From an uncultured bacterium (GTDB taxonomy: Bacteria > Babelota > Babeliae > Babelales > Babelaceae): 64,000 bases of DNA. The first letter of the stretch is position 1. Every line of letters begins with the position of its first letter. The position numbers were made by a program, and so were the translations under genes. The notes beneath the pieces are model-generated. The model searched no databases, was not told the origin of the DNA, and saw only the letters and a program-made list of their open reading frames with translations. Of this stretch, positions 1-13,847 are shown piece by piece. The DNA is taken from contig OY970332.1 of assembly GCA_963717435.1 (NCBI GenBank), positions 704,001-768,000 on the forward strand, written 5' to 3'.

Positions 1-2
1 AA

Positions 3-116
3 TTCTTAATTACGCTTATCCAGCCGCTACTATTAATAGTTATAGGTTTATTTATTGCCACACTTATATTTGCCGTTTACGTGCCAATATTTACCATGTC
101 TTCCGTTATACAATGA
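3..116 (+). CDS. C-terminal fragment of type II secretion F / PilC family membrane protein (truncated by window edge)
   Basis: Manual translation of frame 3: FLITLIQPLLLIVIGLFIATLIFAVYVPIFTMSSVIQ*, typical GspF/PilC terminal helix pattern. Confidence 0.75.
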   Translation, partial: FLITLIQPLLLIVIGLFIATLIFAVYVPIFTMSSVIQ

Positions 117-169
117 TACCAACTCAAATAGATTGATATAAAAGCCTACTTATGATATTATGAACTTAT

Positions 170-559
170 ATGATAAAATTCAAATGTAATAAACTTGCAA
201 GGGACAAAACCCTTGAGAACATGAAACAAGATGGCATAATAACTAGCCATAAAATTCTAAACAAAAATGATCTTCTCTATCATCTAAAACAAAAACTTGT
301 CGAAGAATCTAAAGAAGTTGAAGAGGCTTCAAGTCAAAATGAAATTATCGCTGAACTAGCGGACGTTTTTGAGCTGCTTGATGCAATAATAAAAGTGTCA
401 GAAATTTCACTTGAAAATATTATCTGCGTAAAAGAGTTTAAACAAAAAACGCGAGGCGGTTTTGATATGGGGATTTACTTAGAAACAATAGAAATGGACG
501 AAGATAATAAATGGGTCAAGCATTTTCGGGCTTCTCCGGATAAATATAAAGAAAATTAA
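170..559 (+). CDS. MazG-like / phosphoribosyl-ATP pyrophosphohydrolase-family nucleotide pyrophosphohydrolase
   Basis: Motifs NKLARDK, KLVEE..E, ELADVFELL, RGGF. Confidence 0.75.
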   Translation: MIKFKCNKLARDKTLENMKQDGIITSHKILNKNDLLYHLKQKLVEESKEVEEASSQNEIIAELADVFELLDAIIKVSEISLENIICVKEFKQKTRGGFDMGIYLETIEMDEDNKWVKHFRASPDKYKEN

Positions 560-601
560 TTTAATAAATTTATTGATTATGCTTATGAATTGCGCAATTA
601 T

Positions 602-629
602 TTGACGCATTTTCAGCTTCTGGTATCAT
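602..629 (+). promoter_or_regulatory. sigma70-type promoter for tRNA-Leu
   Basis: TTGACG-16 nt-TATCAT with TG extension, 20 nt upstream of tRNA. Confidence 0.6.
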
Positions 630-649
630 ATTTATACAGTTTTTTAATC

Positions 650-733
650 GCCGGGGTGGCGAAACTGGCAGACGCACGGGACTCAAAATCCCGCGGTGGC
701 AACACCGTGTCGGTTCGACTCCGACCCCCGGCA
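650..733 (+). tRNA. tRNA-Leu(CAA), CCA end not encoded
   Basis: GCCGGGG/CCCCGGC acceptor stem, CGGGA-CTCAAAA-TCCCG anticodon arm, long variable arm, GGTTCGACT T-loop. Confidence 0.95.
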
Positions 734-751
734 CGCTTTTTAGGGTAGTTT

Positions 752-1093
752 ATGATCGATTCAAATTGTCTGTTTTGCAAAATTATCTCCGGTCAAATTC
801 CAGCCGAAATAATAAAAGATACTGAGCAAGTCTTGGTCATCAAAGACAAGTTCCCAAAAGCCCCAATTCATTATTTAATCATCCCCAAAAGTCACGTTAA
901 AGATATTCAGTCAATAGATCCAAAAGATTCTTGGATGGCTGCAAAGACCTTTGAAGTTGCAAAACAACTTTCTGAGGAAAATCCAGAAGCCAAAGATTTT
1001 AAGCTTGTTGTTAATTCCGGCTACGGCGCTGGCCAAAGGGTGTTCCATTTACACACCCATTTTTTAGCTGGTAGATTGCAGGGCGAAGTTTAA
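752..1093 (+). CDS. HIT family nucleotide hydrolase (HinT-like)
   Basis: N-terminal CLFCKI, GQRVFHLHTH histidine triad. Confidence 0.92.
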   Translation: MIDSNCLFCKIISGQIPAEIIKDTEQVLVIKDKFPKAPIHYLIIPKSHVKDIQSIDPKDSWMAAKTFEVAKQLSEENPEAKDFKLVVNSGYGAGQRVFHLHTHFLAGRLQGEV

Positions 1094-1659
1094 TTTTTAT
1101 CATCTACAATGTCTTCTATTTCCATAAGGGCGTAGTAAAATTCTTCGTGACCGCCATACTTAAGACTTTCATCTTTTAATAAAGATTTAATTTTAAGTAG
1201 TTTTTCGTTTGCTATATTTAGCACTTGGTTTTTATCCGTTTCTTCGTCACAAATTAAATGTATGTCTAAAATTACGTCATGTAGCTGTTCGGCAGTATCT
1301 TCTGGAGAAGCTGCATTTAGGGATTGTTCTGTTAAAGATTTAATTTTAATTAGCTTGCTATTATTTTTTTCCAAAAACTCTACCAAAGTTTTAATTTCTG
1401 AAAGTTGTTTGGATAAATTTTGTTGTGTTATTTCAGACAATTTTTTTGTTGCTTTTTGTTCGCTCAAAATTTCAATGTTTCTATCATTTGATTTTGAATA
1501 TTTTCTTAAATTATTTAAGTTTGTTTTTGGTTGTAGCAAAAATCTTGTTCTAGAAAGCTTTGCGCCGGTTTTTAATAAAGTCGCAAACATTGCATGTGAT
1601 TTGGATTGGGATAACATAATTAATGAGAGTAGGATAAAATTATTGAATGTAGATTTCAC
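1090..1659 (-). CDS. Secreted hypothetical protein, paralog 1 (signal peptide + presequence-like segment + helical domain)
   Basis: GTG start with AGGAGA RBS; N-terminus shared with the two adjacent genes. Confidence 0.8.
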   Translation of the reverse strand: MKSTFNNFILLSLIMLSQSKSHAMFATLLKTGAKLSRTRFLLQPKTNLNNLRKYSKSNDRNIEILSEQKATKKLSEITQQNLSKQLSEIKTLVEFLEKNNSKLIKIKSLTEQSLNAASPEDTAEQLHDVILDIHLICDEETDKNQVLNIANEKLLKIKSLLKDESLKYGGHEEFYYALMEIEDIVDDKN

Positions 1660-1674
1660 TCTTTCTCCTTTGTA

Positions 1675-2136
1675 TTATCTAGTTTTTTCTTCCCAGTAAG
1701 TTTTTTCCCAGAACTCTTTTTGTTCAGGGTTCTTTTTTATTAGCTCTTTCAATTTCTCATATTCTTCATTGTTCTTTATTAAATCAATTCTTTCAATAAG
1801 TTTTAGTTTTAATTTAATTATCTTTGCAGCTTGTTCTTTTTCAGTTATTTCCCATTGCTCTACTTCATTTAAAAAATCTTTAATCATTACAAAATGATAC
1901 GGGTAAACTGAGTCTAGGCTGTCCTGAACCTCTTTATAATTATTGTATTTGTTATCGAATTCTTTTCTTTCTAAGACATATTTTCTTAGGCTATTTATCG
2001 TTTTTGGTTGTAACAACAATTTTGTTCTTGAAATCTTTGCGCCGGTTTTTAATAAATTACTAAACATAGAGTTTAGTTTGGCTTGAGATAGTATAATTAA
2101 TGAGATTAAAATAGATTTTTGAAAGTTCGATAACAT
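1675..2136 (-). CDS. Secreted hypothetical protein, paralog 2
   Basis: 153-aa ORF; first ~53 aa homologous to neighbours. Confidence 0.8.
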   Translation of the reverse strand: MLSNFQKSILISLIILSQAKLNSMFSNLLKTGAKISRTKLLLQPKTINSLRKYVLERKEFDNKYNNYKEVQDSLDSVYPYHFVMIKDFLNEVEQWEITEKEQAAKIIKLKLKLIERIDLIKNNEEYEKLKELIKKNPEQKEFWEKTYWEEKTR

Positions 2137-2177
2137 AATAGGTCTCTTTTCTTTAGGTTCCTGATGTATATTGTCTT

Positions 2178-2756
2178 TTAATCTTGTTTTAGGCCTAACT
2201 CCTTTTTAAGTTCATCTGTAAGTTCTTCTATTTTTTTATTAGTATGGTAAATATTGGTTTCATTTGCCCCACAACGGTATAGGTCATCCGCCAAGTATCT
2301 AATTTTTTCTATCAAATAATTAATTTTATATACATTTTTTGTAGGGCTTGGTTTTCTTGCAAGTGTTTTTAATATTGATTTAATTTCTACGAGTTCTCTA
2401 GTTTGTTCTGAATGGATGGAATCGTGTTTTGTTTCTAAGTCTTTTAAATATTCTATTATTTTTATAACTTTATTATCACAAAGTTCTTTGGGATCGATCT
2501 CTTCTATGAATACAGGATGCCCTTGTATTATTTGTCCATTTTCATTTTTAATATAGAATTCTTTAAATTTCCCAATTTTAACATCATAATCTTGTGATTT
2601 GAATCTTCTTGAGCTTAAGTTTGTTTTGGGGTTTAAAAGAAATTTTGTTTTTGAAAGCACTTTAAGTTTGTTCAAGCTGCCAAACATGCAGTGCAATTTG
2701 GTTTGGGATAATATAATTAATGAGAGTAAAATGTATTTATTGAATCTTGATAACAT
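2178..2756 (-). CDS. Secreted hypothetical protein, paralog 3 (start revised to MLSRFNK)
   Basis: ATG at 2756 preceded by AGGAGA; aligns with starts of paralogs. Confidence 0.8.
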   Translation of the reverse strand: MLSRFNKYILLSLIILSQTKLHCMFGSLNKLKVLSKTKFLLNPKTNLSSRRFKSQDYDVKIGKFKEFYIKNENGQIIQGHPVFIEEIDPKELCDNKVIKIIEYLKDLETKHDSIHSEQTRELVEIKSILKTLARKPSPTKNVYKINYLIEKIRYLADDLYRCGANETNIYHTNKKIEELTDELKKELGLKQD

Positions 2757-2824
2757 AGTTTCTCCTGCTTTTTGTATAAATCTCAAGACGAGATTTTACA
2801 ACAAGTTATTTGCTTAGACAATAA

Positions 2825-3241
2825 TTAAATTGGTTGGGAAAATCTGAGCAGGTAGCCATCAGGGTCCATAACCAAAAATTCTTTGTAGCCATAAGAACTA
2901 TTTTTTACTTTATAATAACTTTCTTGTAAGCCTCTTTTTATTGGATAATTTATTTTTTTTAGTTTATCTAATAATTTTTCGGCGTTATCAGTTCTTATTT
3001 GAAAATTTATACCACGGCCAAAGGGATATTCTGGCTTGCCGTTGTGCCAGTCTTGATTGTCGTCTTCTAACTGGATCATGAGTTGGCTATCTTGATATGA
3101 CAAAAATGCAAAATATGTTTTTTGAGTTTTCGGATCTTCCCTCTGATACTCTATTTTAAAATCTAAAATTTCGGTATAAAACTTTATGCTTTTTTGAAAA
3201 TCTAAAACATAAAATTCTGGAACAAGAGAATTGAATTTCAT
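2825..3241 (-). CDS. VOC / glyoxalase-bleomycin resistance family protein
   Basis: LVPEF.V.D...S..FY..ILDF, YPFGRGINFQI, EFLVMDPDGYLLRF. Confidence 0.88.
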   Translation of the reverse strand: MKFNSLVPEFYVLDFQKSIKFYTEILDFKIEYQREDPKTQKTYFAFLSYQDSQLMIQLEDDNQDWHNGKPEYPFGRGINFQIRTDNAEKLLDKLKKINYPIKRGLQESYYKVKNSSYGYKEFLVMDPDGYLLRFSQPI

Positions 3242-3364
3242 AAATCGCTTTCTATCTAATATATATTATTATATGTTTTTTAAGCTTAACTTTACTTTTA
3301 TACCCTAAAATATAATCTAATTTAAGCAAAAATATTTGCACAAACATATTTTCTGGGGTCCATT

Positions 3365-4975
3365 ATGCAAATTCTAATATTTATTGTTTCAGTATTACTT
3401 TCGATTTTTTCTACAGCAGTTATGGCATATATAACAATGGCGACTCCGATAGGGCCATGGATCGAGCCAACTTTGGTGTTATTCGCAACAATAATATTTA
3501 GATTTATTTTCAGACTCGCAAATTCACCAAAATATTATACAAATGCATTAGGCTTATCTACAGCGTCTGGAGCAATTGGTGGAATTTTGGCAACGGGATT
3601 TGGTTTTGCTTTCCCAACTTTATTTTTCTTAGATCCAGTTTTGTTTAATTCTTGGTTATCAAATCCAGTATATTTTGTTTGCATAGTTGCTAGTCTTGCG
3701 TTTGTCTCAGGTTCAGTTGCTTTTATTGTTGCAGAGATTTTTGAACAAGAACTATTAGTTAAAGAAGAGATGCCGTTTGCTGTTGGTCAGATGGTTTATA
3801 AAATGATCACCGCACAAAATCAGGCAAGAAAAGCATGGGAGCTTATCGCAGGTATTTTTAGTGCAGCAACTTTTTTAATGTTCCAAAAATTTTCAAAGCT
3901 TGTTAATAGCGTTATTTTGTTGTGGCCAAAAACAAATCTTTTTGGCGTATATTTCCCGTCGGCAGTTTTAAGACTTGATCAGGCGCCCATGTTGCTCGCT
4001 ATAGGTTTTATAACCGGTCATGTGATTACTCAGCCATTGGCTGTGGGCTTAGTTTCAAGAATATTTTTAGCTAACCCATTACACCAGTTTGTTTTTAATT
4101 ATATCTCTCTTGAAGATTTCATGATGGCATTTTGCAGCGGCATGGTATTATACGGCGCGGTTATGTCACTTATTGATTTACCAAAGACTTTAAAATCTGC
4201 TGTTAAAAATCTGAATAAAACTAAAAGTGAAAATTCAAATAATTTTTTTAAAGACTTATTAAGTAAAGTAAGCTTGGTGCAGTTTGCAATTGTTGGTATT
4301 ATCTCAGTACTGTTTTTTACTTATTTTAAGTTTTCTTTTTTGGCACAAATTTATTTATTGGCTTTTACTTTTGTTTGCGCATATCAATTAATGTCTATTG
4401 CCGGGAAGATGGGAATAGCCCCCGTGGCTCGTTTTGCAACTTTTGTGATGGTGCCAGGAATGTTGATTTTCGGTTTTAACGCGGTGCAAGTTACACTTGT
4501 TTCTGTTTTTGTTGAATCTTGCGGCGGCGTTGCAAGTGATATAATGTTCGGCAGGAAAATGGCTAAACTCGCAGGAATCGAAAGAAAGCAAATAGTATAT
4601 TACCAGTGGCTCGGATTGGCTGTCGCAAGTTTGGCGCTTGGCGGAATTTTATGGTTATTAATAAGCTACTTTGGTATTGGCTCAGATCAGCTATTTGCAC
4701 AAAAAGCACAAGGTCGCGCTTTATTAATTAATTTTACACACTTTAACTACTATGCACTTGCATGCGGTGCGCTGTTTGGCTTTTTACTTAAATTTACAAA
4801 AGTTAATCCAGTTATGGTTCTTGGTGGTTTATTGATGCCTATAGATTACTCTATAATGTTAATCTCTGGTGGTTTACTTACTTATCTTGTTAAAGACAAA
4901 GAGGAGTTGTACCCATACTGGTCAGGCGTATTTGCGTGTAACTCTATATGGATGTTTATAAGTACGTTGTTTTAA
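3365..4975 (+). CDS. Polytopic membrane transporter, probably OPT (oligopeptide transporter) family
   Basis: 536 aa, many hydrophobic segments, E.MPF..G motif resembling the OPT L.FP.G motif. Confidence 0.6.
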   Translation: MQILIFIVSVLLSIFSTAVMAYITMATPIGPWIEPTLVLFATIIFRFIFRLANSPKYYTNALGLSTASGAIGGILATGFGFAFPTLFFLDPVLFNSWLSNPVYFVCIVASLAFVSGSVAFIVAEIFEQELLVKEEMPFAVGQMVYKMITAQNQARKAWELIAGIFSAATFLMFQKFSKLVNSVILLWPKTNLFGVYFPSAVLRLDQAPMLLAIGFITGHVITQPLAVGLVSRIFLANPLHQFVFNYISLEDFMMAFCSGMVLYGAVMSLIDLPKTLKSAVKNLNKTKSENSNNFFKDLLSKVSLVQFAIVGIISVLFFTYFKFSFLAQIYLLAFTFVCAYQLMSIAGKMGIAPVARFATFVMVPGMLIFGFNAVQVTLVSVFVESCGGVASDIMFGRKMAKLAGIERKQIVYYQWLGLAVASLALGGILWLLISYFGIGSDQLFAQKAQGRALLINFTHFNYYALACGALFGFLLKFTKVNPVMVLGGLLMPIDYSIMLISGGLLTYLVKDKEELYPYWSGVFACNSIWMFISTLF

Positions 4976-5057
4976 AGTTTAAAAACTTATACCATTTGTG
5001 TTTTAGATAAATTGAACTAAAATTATTAATAGTAAGTTTAAATTTTATGGAGTTATT

Positions 5058-5564
5058 ATGAATTTTAAAAACAAAATTTCACAGTATTTATTATTAAGCT
5101 TTATTATTCTTGGTTTTCAAAAAACTTCATGCATGGAAGTGGCTCAAGAGATTGCTTCTAGCGCAATAGCCGGCGCTGCTGCACGTACTTTGATTTTTGA
5201 AAATTTGCCAGGGTTATTTAAGGCAGAATTTAATAAAGACAACAAAAACAGTAATAAAGACGGTAATTCAAAGCGCGAAAGTAAAACAGACTGGAAAAGC
5301 TGGGCCCACGGTAGTGCTACCCTAATAAATTGCTTTAATATTGTTTTAGCTGCGCGATTTATTTTTAGAAAAAATGATATGATTAGCTATGCGCAATGGG
5401 GAACGCGGTGGTTTTATTTGCCCTCTGCTGCTGCAGGATCTCACTTTGAACGCAAATTTGTTAGGTCATTAAAAGATAATAAGACGTTGAAAAATCATGA
5501 AGATCTGGTTGATGCCTCTATGCCAGTCGTGCTTGCTGCTTTGCAGTATCTTGTAACTAAATAA
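5058..5564 (+). CDS. Secreted/membrane hypothetical protein
   Basis: GGAG RBS; signal peptide ending TSC|ME. Confidence 0.7.
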   Translation: MNFKNKISQYLLLSFIILGFQKTSCMEVAQEIASSAIAGAAARTLIFENLPGLFKAEFNKDNKNSNKDGNSKRESKTDWKSWAHGSATLINCFNIVLAARFIFRKNDMISYAQWGTRWFYLPSAAAGSHFERKFVRSLKDNKTLKNHEDLVDASMPVVLAALQYLVTK

Positions 5565-5592
5565 TTAATTTAAATTTGATTTGTAAAAAACT

Positions 5593-5621
5593 ACAGGCAC
5601 GTGTAACAACGTGCCTGTTTT
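5593..5621. terminator. Hairpin terminator between convergent genes
   Basis: ACAGGCACGT-GTAACA-ACGTGCCTGT followed by T-run. Confidence 0.75.
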
Positions 5622-5649
5622 ACTTATTAATATAAAAGTTTTTTATTTT

Positions 5650-6741
5650 CTAGATTTGACCCGTGTTTGATTTAATCAGATAGCTTTCGATAAAGTCCAT
5701 TAAGTCACCGTCAAGCACAAGTTCGGGCTGATTAGATTCAAAATCTGTCCTATGATCTTTTACAAGTTTGTATGGTTGTAAGATATAAGATCTGATTTGC
5801 GAACCCCATTCAATTTTCTTTTTCTCTATAGATGCAGTTTTCGCTTCTTGCTCTTCTTTTTGTTTTTGATACAACTTTGCCATAAGCATTTTCATGGCAG
5901 TTTCTTTGTTCTGTGTCTGAGAGCGTTCGTTTTGGCACTGAACAACCGTGTTTGTCGGAATATGGGTTATTCTTACAGCAGAATCTGTTTTGTTAACATG
6001 TTGTCCACCAGCTCCGCCAGCTCTATATGTATCTATTCTTAAATCTTTTGGATCGATATGTATTTGTATGTCAGGAACTTCTGGTGTTACAGTAACGCCA
6101 GCAAAAGATGTATGTCTTCTTTTGTTGGCATCAAACGGTGATATTCTAACTAATCTGTGAATTCCCTGCTCTCCCTTAAGTAAACCGTAGGCATATTTGC
6201 CCTTTATATATAATGTAGCAGATTTTATTCCGGCCCCTTCACCTACTTGATAGTCTAATATAGAGCATGAAAGTTTTTCTTTTTCACAAAATCTTACATA
6301 CATTCTTAATAGTATCTCTGCCCAGTCTTGCGATTCTGTTCCACCGGCACCAGAGTTTATACTTAAAAAACAGGGGCTGTTATCTTGCTCGTCACTTAAT
6401 AACAAAGTAATTTTGAATCGAGCTATATTCTTGCAAAACCTAAATATATCTTCTTTAAGTTTTAATAGTTCAGATTCATCGTTGGCAAAGAGATCCAATA
6501 AATCAGCAAGCTCTTTTTGATTATTAATTATTTCTATATACTGATCACGTTGTAATCTTATTTTTTGAAGCTTTTTTAAAATTTCTGTTTGGTTCGGATT
6601 TTTCCAGAAGTTTTCAGATTCACTTTCTGAGAGCCATTTTTGATATTCTTCTTCATTTCCGGAATTCTGCCAAAAACTTTTTATGGTGGAAATATCGGGC
6701 TCAACGCTTTTGAGTTTTTCTTTAAGATCGTCTATAAACAT
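5650..6741 (-). CDS. prfB: Peptide chain release factor 2
   Basis: GAGGTESQDWA, ISPFD (SPF), GGAGGQHVNKT (GGQ), WGSQIRSY. Confidence 0.97.
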   Translation of the reverse strand: MFIDDLKEKLKSVEPDISTIKSFWQNSGNEEEYQKWLSESESENFWKNPNQTEILKKLQKIRLQRDQYIEIINNQKELADLLDLFANDESELLKLKEDIFRFCKNIARFKITLLLSDEQDNSPCFLSINSGAGGTESQDWAEILLRMYVRFCEKEKLSCSILDYQVGEGAGIKSATLYIKGKYAYGLLKGEQGIHRLVRISPFDANKRRHTSFAGVTVTPEVPDIQIHIDPKDLRIDTYRAGGAGGQHVNKTDSAVRITHIPTNTVVQCQNERSQTQNKETAMKMLMAKLYQKQKEEQEAKTASIEKKKIEWGSQIRSYILQPYKLVKDHRTDFESNQPELVLDGDLMDFIESYLIKSNTGQI

Positions 6742-6841
6742 ATATATATGTCTTTAAATATAAGATTAAATATAAATTTTTTAATTCGTGTTTTTTAATA
6801 TTTACAGTAATAACAATAACATATAAGAAACTAATATAAAA

Positions 6842-7414
6842 ATGATAGGTAAACTTTTTTTAGTATGCGCTCCATCGGGGGCAGGGAAAACTACTTTGGT
6901 TAATTCTGTTCTTAATGAACTAGGAGATAACAATAATATAAGTAGGGTTGTTACTTACACCTCAAGAGCGCCAAGAGTCGGAGAAATTCACGGGGAGCAT
7001 TATTTTTTTATCAGCGAACCAGATTTTGAAAAAAAGATTGGTGAAAGCTATTTTATAGAGTGGAGCAAATCTTATGGGACTTATTATGGATCGCCCAAGT
7101 CTATAATAGAACAGCTTGAGTATGGCAAATCTTTTATTCTTATAGTAGACACTAATGGTATAAAGAGTATTACTAAAGAACACCCCGCGGCAGTTGTAAT
7201 AAGAATACTCCCCCCAAATTTTGATACACTAATAGATAGATTAAATAAAAGATCTACGGAAAATACCCAACAAATTCAAAAAAGATTGGCACTTGCTCTT
7301 GGGGAACTTGAAGATTTGGAGATTTCTAAGATTTCCAAATATACGGTAATAAATAACGATCTTGAATGTGCTAAAGAAGAGCTAAGAGAGATACTATTGA
7401 AAGAAATATCTTGA
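6842..7414 (+). CDS. gmk: Guanylate kinase
   Basis: APSGAGKTT P-loop, TSRAPRVGE..G.HYFF, YYG. Confidence 0.95.
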   Translation: MIGKLFLVCAPSGAGKTTLVNSVLNELGDNNNISRVVTYTSRAPRVGEIHGEHYFFISEPDFEKKIGESYFIEWSKSYGTYYGSPKSIIEQLEYGKSFILIVDTNGIKSITKEHPAAVVIRILPPNFDTLIDRLNKRSTENTQQIQKRLALALGELEDLEISKISKYTVINNDLECAKEELREILLKEIS

Positions 7415-7508
7415 TTGTTATGAGTGTCAAAAAACAGGGGACAGGTAGGGGGCAAATAGATTATTTTTTGATATTTAAAAGATTTTTTATGTTTTTTTAT
7501 AAAAAATG

Positions 7509-7536
7509 TTGACTTGGCCGCATATAACTGTATAAT
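7509..7536 (+). promoter_or_regulatory. rrn promoter P1
   Basis: TTGACT-16-TATAAT with A/T-rich UP element. Confidence 0.75.
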
Positions 7537-7678
7537 TTTCTTTGTCTTTAAGCGAAATGGCTAAAGCAAAAACCGAAAATTTGAAATGTTCGTCAAGTCC
7601 CAACAGACGCATCAATTGATGCAATTTGTTATCGAACTTCGACAAATAAAAAAAGTTTAAAAAACTTCTAAAAAAAGT

Positions 7679-7707
7679 TTGACATAGTTAAAACAAGCGG
7701 GTACAAT
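7679..7707 (+). promoter_or_regulatory. rrn promoter P2
   Basis: TTGACA-17-TACAAT with A-tract upstream. Confidence 0.75.
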
Positions 7708-7772
7708 TAAAAACATCCTGAATTTGAAACGCCTGTTTGAAACAAGTTAATCAAAAAAAGAGATAAAAAATT

Positions 7773-7783
7773 TATCTTTGAAA
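7773..7783 (+). promoter_or_regulatory. BoxA-like antitermination element (leader)
   Basis: TATCTTTGAAA; second copy TGTTCTTTGAAA at 9771-9782. Confidence 0.5.
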
Positions 7784-7849
7784 TACACAAGAAATCCTAA
7801 AAATCAAAACCTATAATTTTGTGATTGTTTTATCCAAAACATAAATTTT

Positions 7850-9392
<1,543 letters not shown>

Positions 9393-9490
9393 CGAGGGAG
9401 ATAATTAGATCCGACGACTCTTTAATCTTAGAAGTGTTACATTGTACGGTGATAAAGAATTCATAATCTTATAGGTTTTTTAGAATTACT

Positions 9491-9567
9491 GGGCCTATAG
9501 CTCAGCTGGTTAGAGCACCCCGCTGATAACGGGGAGGTCAGTCGTTCAAGTCGACTTAGGCCCACCA
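9491..9567 (+). tRNA. tRNA-Ile(GAT)
   Basis: Cloverleaf, CCCCG-CTGATAA-CGGGG anticodon arm, CCA end; rrn spacer. Confidence 0.97.
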
Positions 9568-9617
9568 AAAGTGGCCTAGTAATCTGAGATCTCGTCTAGG
9601 TTATGTTCTATAATATA

Positions 9618-9692
9618 GGGGATGTAGCTCAGTTGGTAGAGCTCCGCTTTGCACGCGGAGGGTCATCGGTTCGACTCCGCTCATCTCCACCA
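9618..9692 (+). tRNA. tRNA-Ala(TGC)
   Basis: GGGGATG acceptor with G3:U70, TGC anticodon, CCA end. Confidence 0.97.
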
Positions 9693-9764
9693 ATATTTCG
9701 ATCTGGCTGAGTATAATAAGGTCTAGAATTCTTTATATATATCATAGATGTTTAAATTAAAAAA

Positions 9765-9789
9765 TTCTTGTGTTCTTTGAAATATTTGT
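9765..9789 (+). promoter_or_regulatory. BoxA / 23S processing stem 5' arm (pairs with ~12934-12957)
   Basis: TCTTGTGTTCTTTGAAATATTTG is near reverse complement of CAAATATTTCAAAAACACGAGA downstream of 23S. Confidence 0.6.
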
Positions 9790-9856
9790 AATGTAATAAT
9801 TGCTGAATAGTATAAGTTAATACTACAATCTAAGTAAATAAAGTCATTAAAAATTT

Positions 9857-12877
<3,021 letters not shown>

Positions 12878-12985
12878 GCTATAATTTAAAAAAGTCTAAA
12901 CAACTTAGTCGAAAAAACTAGTAAGAATTATCATCAAATATTTCAAAAACACGAGATTAAATTTTGAATATGAATCATAAAAATT

Positions 12986-13101
12986 TCCTGGTGCGTATAG
13001 CTGTGGGGTCACACCCGTTCCCATTCCGAATACGGAAGTTAAGCTCACAGCGCCGATGATACTTGGCTGGTAACGGGCTGGAAAAGTAGGTAGTGCCAGG
13101 A
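12986..13101 (+). rRNA. rrf: 5S rRNA
   Basis: TCCTGGTG...TGCCAGGA ends, CCCATTCCGAA.ACGGAAGTTAAG. Confidence 0.97.
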
Positions 13102-13108
13102 TTAAATT

Positions 13109-13140
13109 AAAGCCCTGAGATAAATCTCGGGGCTTTTTTT
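13109..13140 (+). terminator. rrn rho-independent terminator
   Basis: AAAGCCCTGAGA-TAAA-TCTCGGGGCTTTTTTT. Confidence 0.9.
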
Positions 13141-13185
13141 ATTGAAAAATTAAATATTTTATTAAATATTTTAGAGGAGATAATC

Positions 13186-13764
13186 TTGAAAGAAATTTTT
13201 TACGCTACTGGCAATTCTGGAAAGTTTGCCGATGTTAGCAAATATATTACTGAAAATAATATTAATATAATTATTAAGCAGTTCGAAGCAGATATTCCTG
13301 AGATACAAAGTTTGGATTTAAAAGCTGTTGCAATAGACAAAGCAAGACAAGCTTTTAATATTTTACAAAAGCCCGTTATTGTTGATGATTCTGGTCTTTT
13401 TGTTTTGAAGTATAATAATTTCCCGGGAGTGATGAGCAAATATGTGTTTGAAGGGATAGGGCTTTCCGGTCTCATGAAACTTTTTGATGCTGGAGATAAG
13501 GCTGAGTTTATTGTAAGTTTAGTTTTTGCTTATGCTCCTGGGAAAATTGAGACTTTTGAGCGTAAAATTTCTGGTAAAATTGTTGCGCCAACAGATAAAG
13601 CGAAATTTAATCCCAAGCTCCCGTATATCAGCATTTTTGTGCCTGATGGTTACGATCAAACTCTTGCTGAACTACGACAGTTAGAAAGTAGTCCTAAGTT
13701 TAACCCAAGGGTCGCGGCTTTTAGTGATCTTATAAATTGGCTAAAAACTCAAAAAGATATCTAA
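13186..13764 (+). CDS. Non-canonical purine NTP pyrophosphatase (RdgB/HAM1/ITPase family), divergent
   Basis: ATGNSGK, EIQS, VDDSGL, FPG..SK. Confidence 0.85.
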   Translation: MKEIFYATGNSGKFADVSKYITENNINIIIKQFEADIPEIQSLDLKAVAIDKARQAFNILQKPVIVDDSGLFVLKYNNFPGVMSKYVFEGIGLSGLMKLFDAGDKAEFIVSLVFAYAPGKIETFERKISGKIVAPTDKAKFNPKLPYISIFVPDGYDQTLAELRQLESSPKFNPRVAAFSDLINWLKTQKDI

Positions 13765-13847
13765 TTAATACCCAGTTGATGGGTTTTTATAAATTTGTTT
13801 AATTTGTTATACTCAAAAAATATTAATATTTGATTTGTAGGGGTTTT

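Noticed and set aside
1262-1699. 145-aa plus-strand ORF and similar antisense ORFs throughout (e.g. 2599-2817, 38407-38757, 45777-46061)
   Set aside because: Antisense shadows of better-supported genes, with no recognisable motifs
650-3241. tRNA-Leu as integration site of a genomic island
   Set aside because: No integrase and no duplicated tRNA 3' end seen
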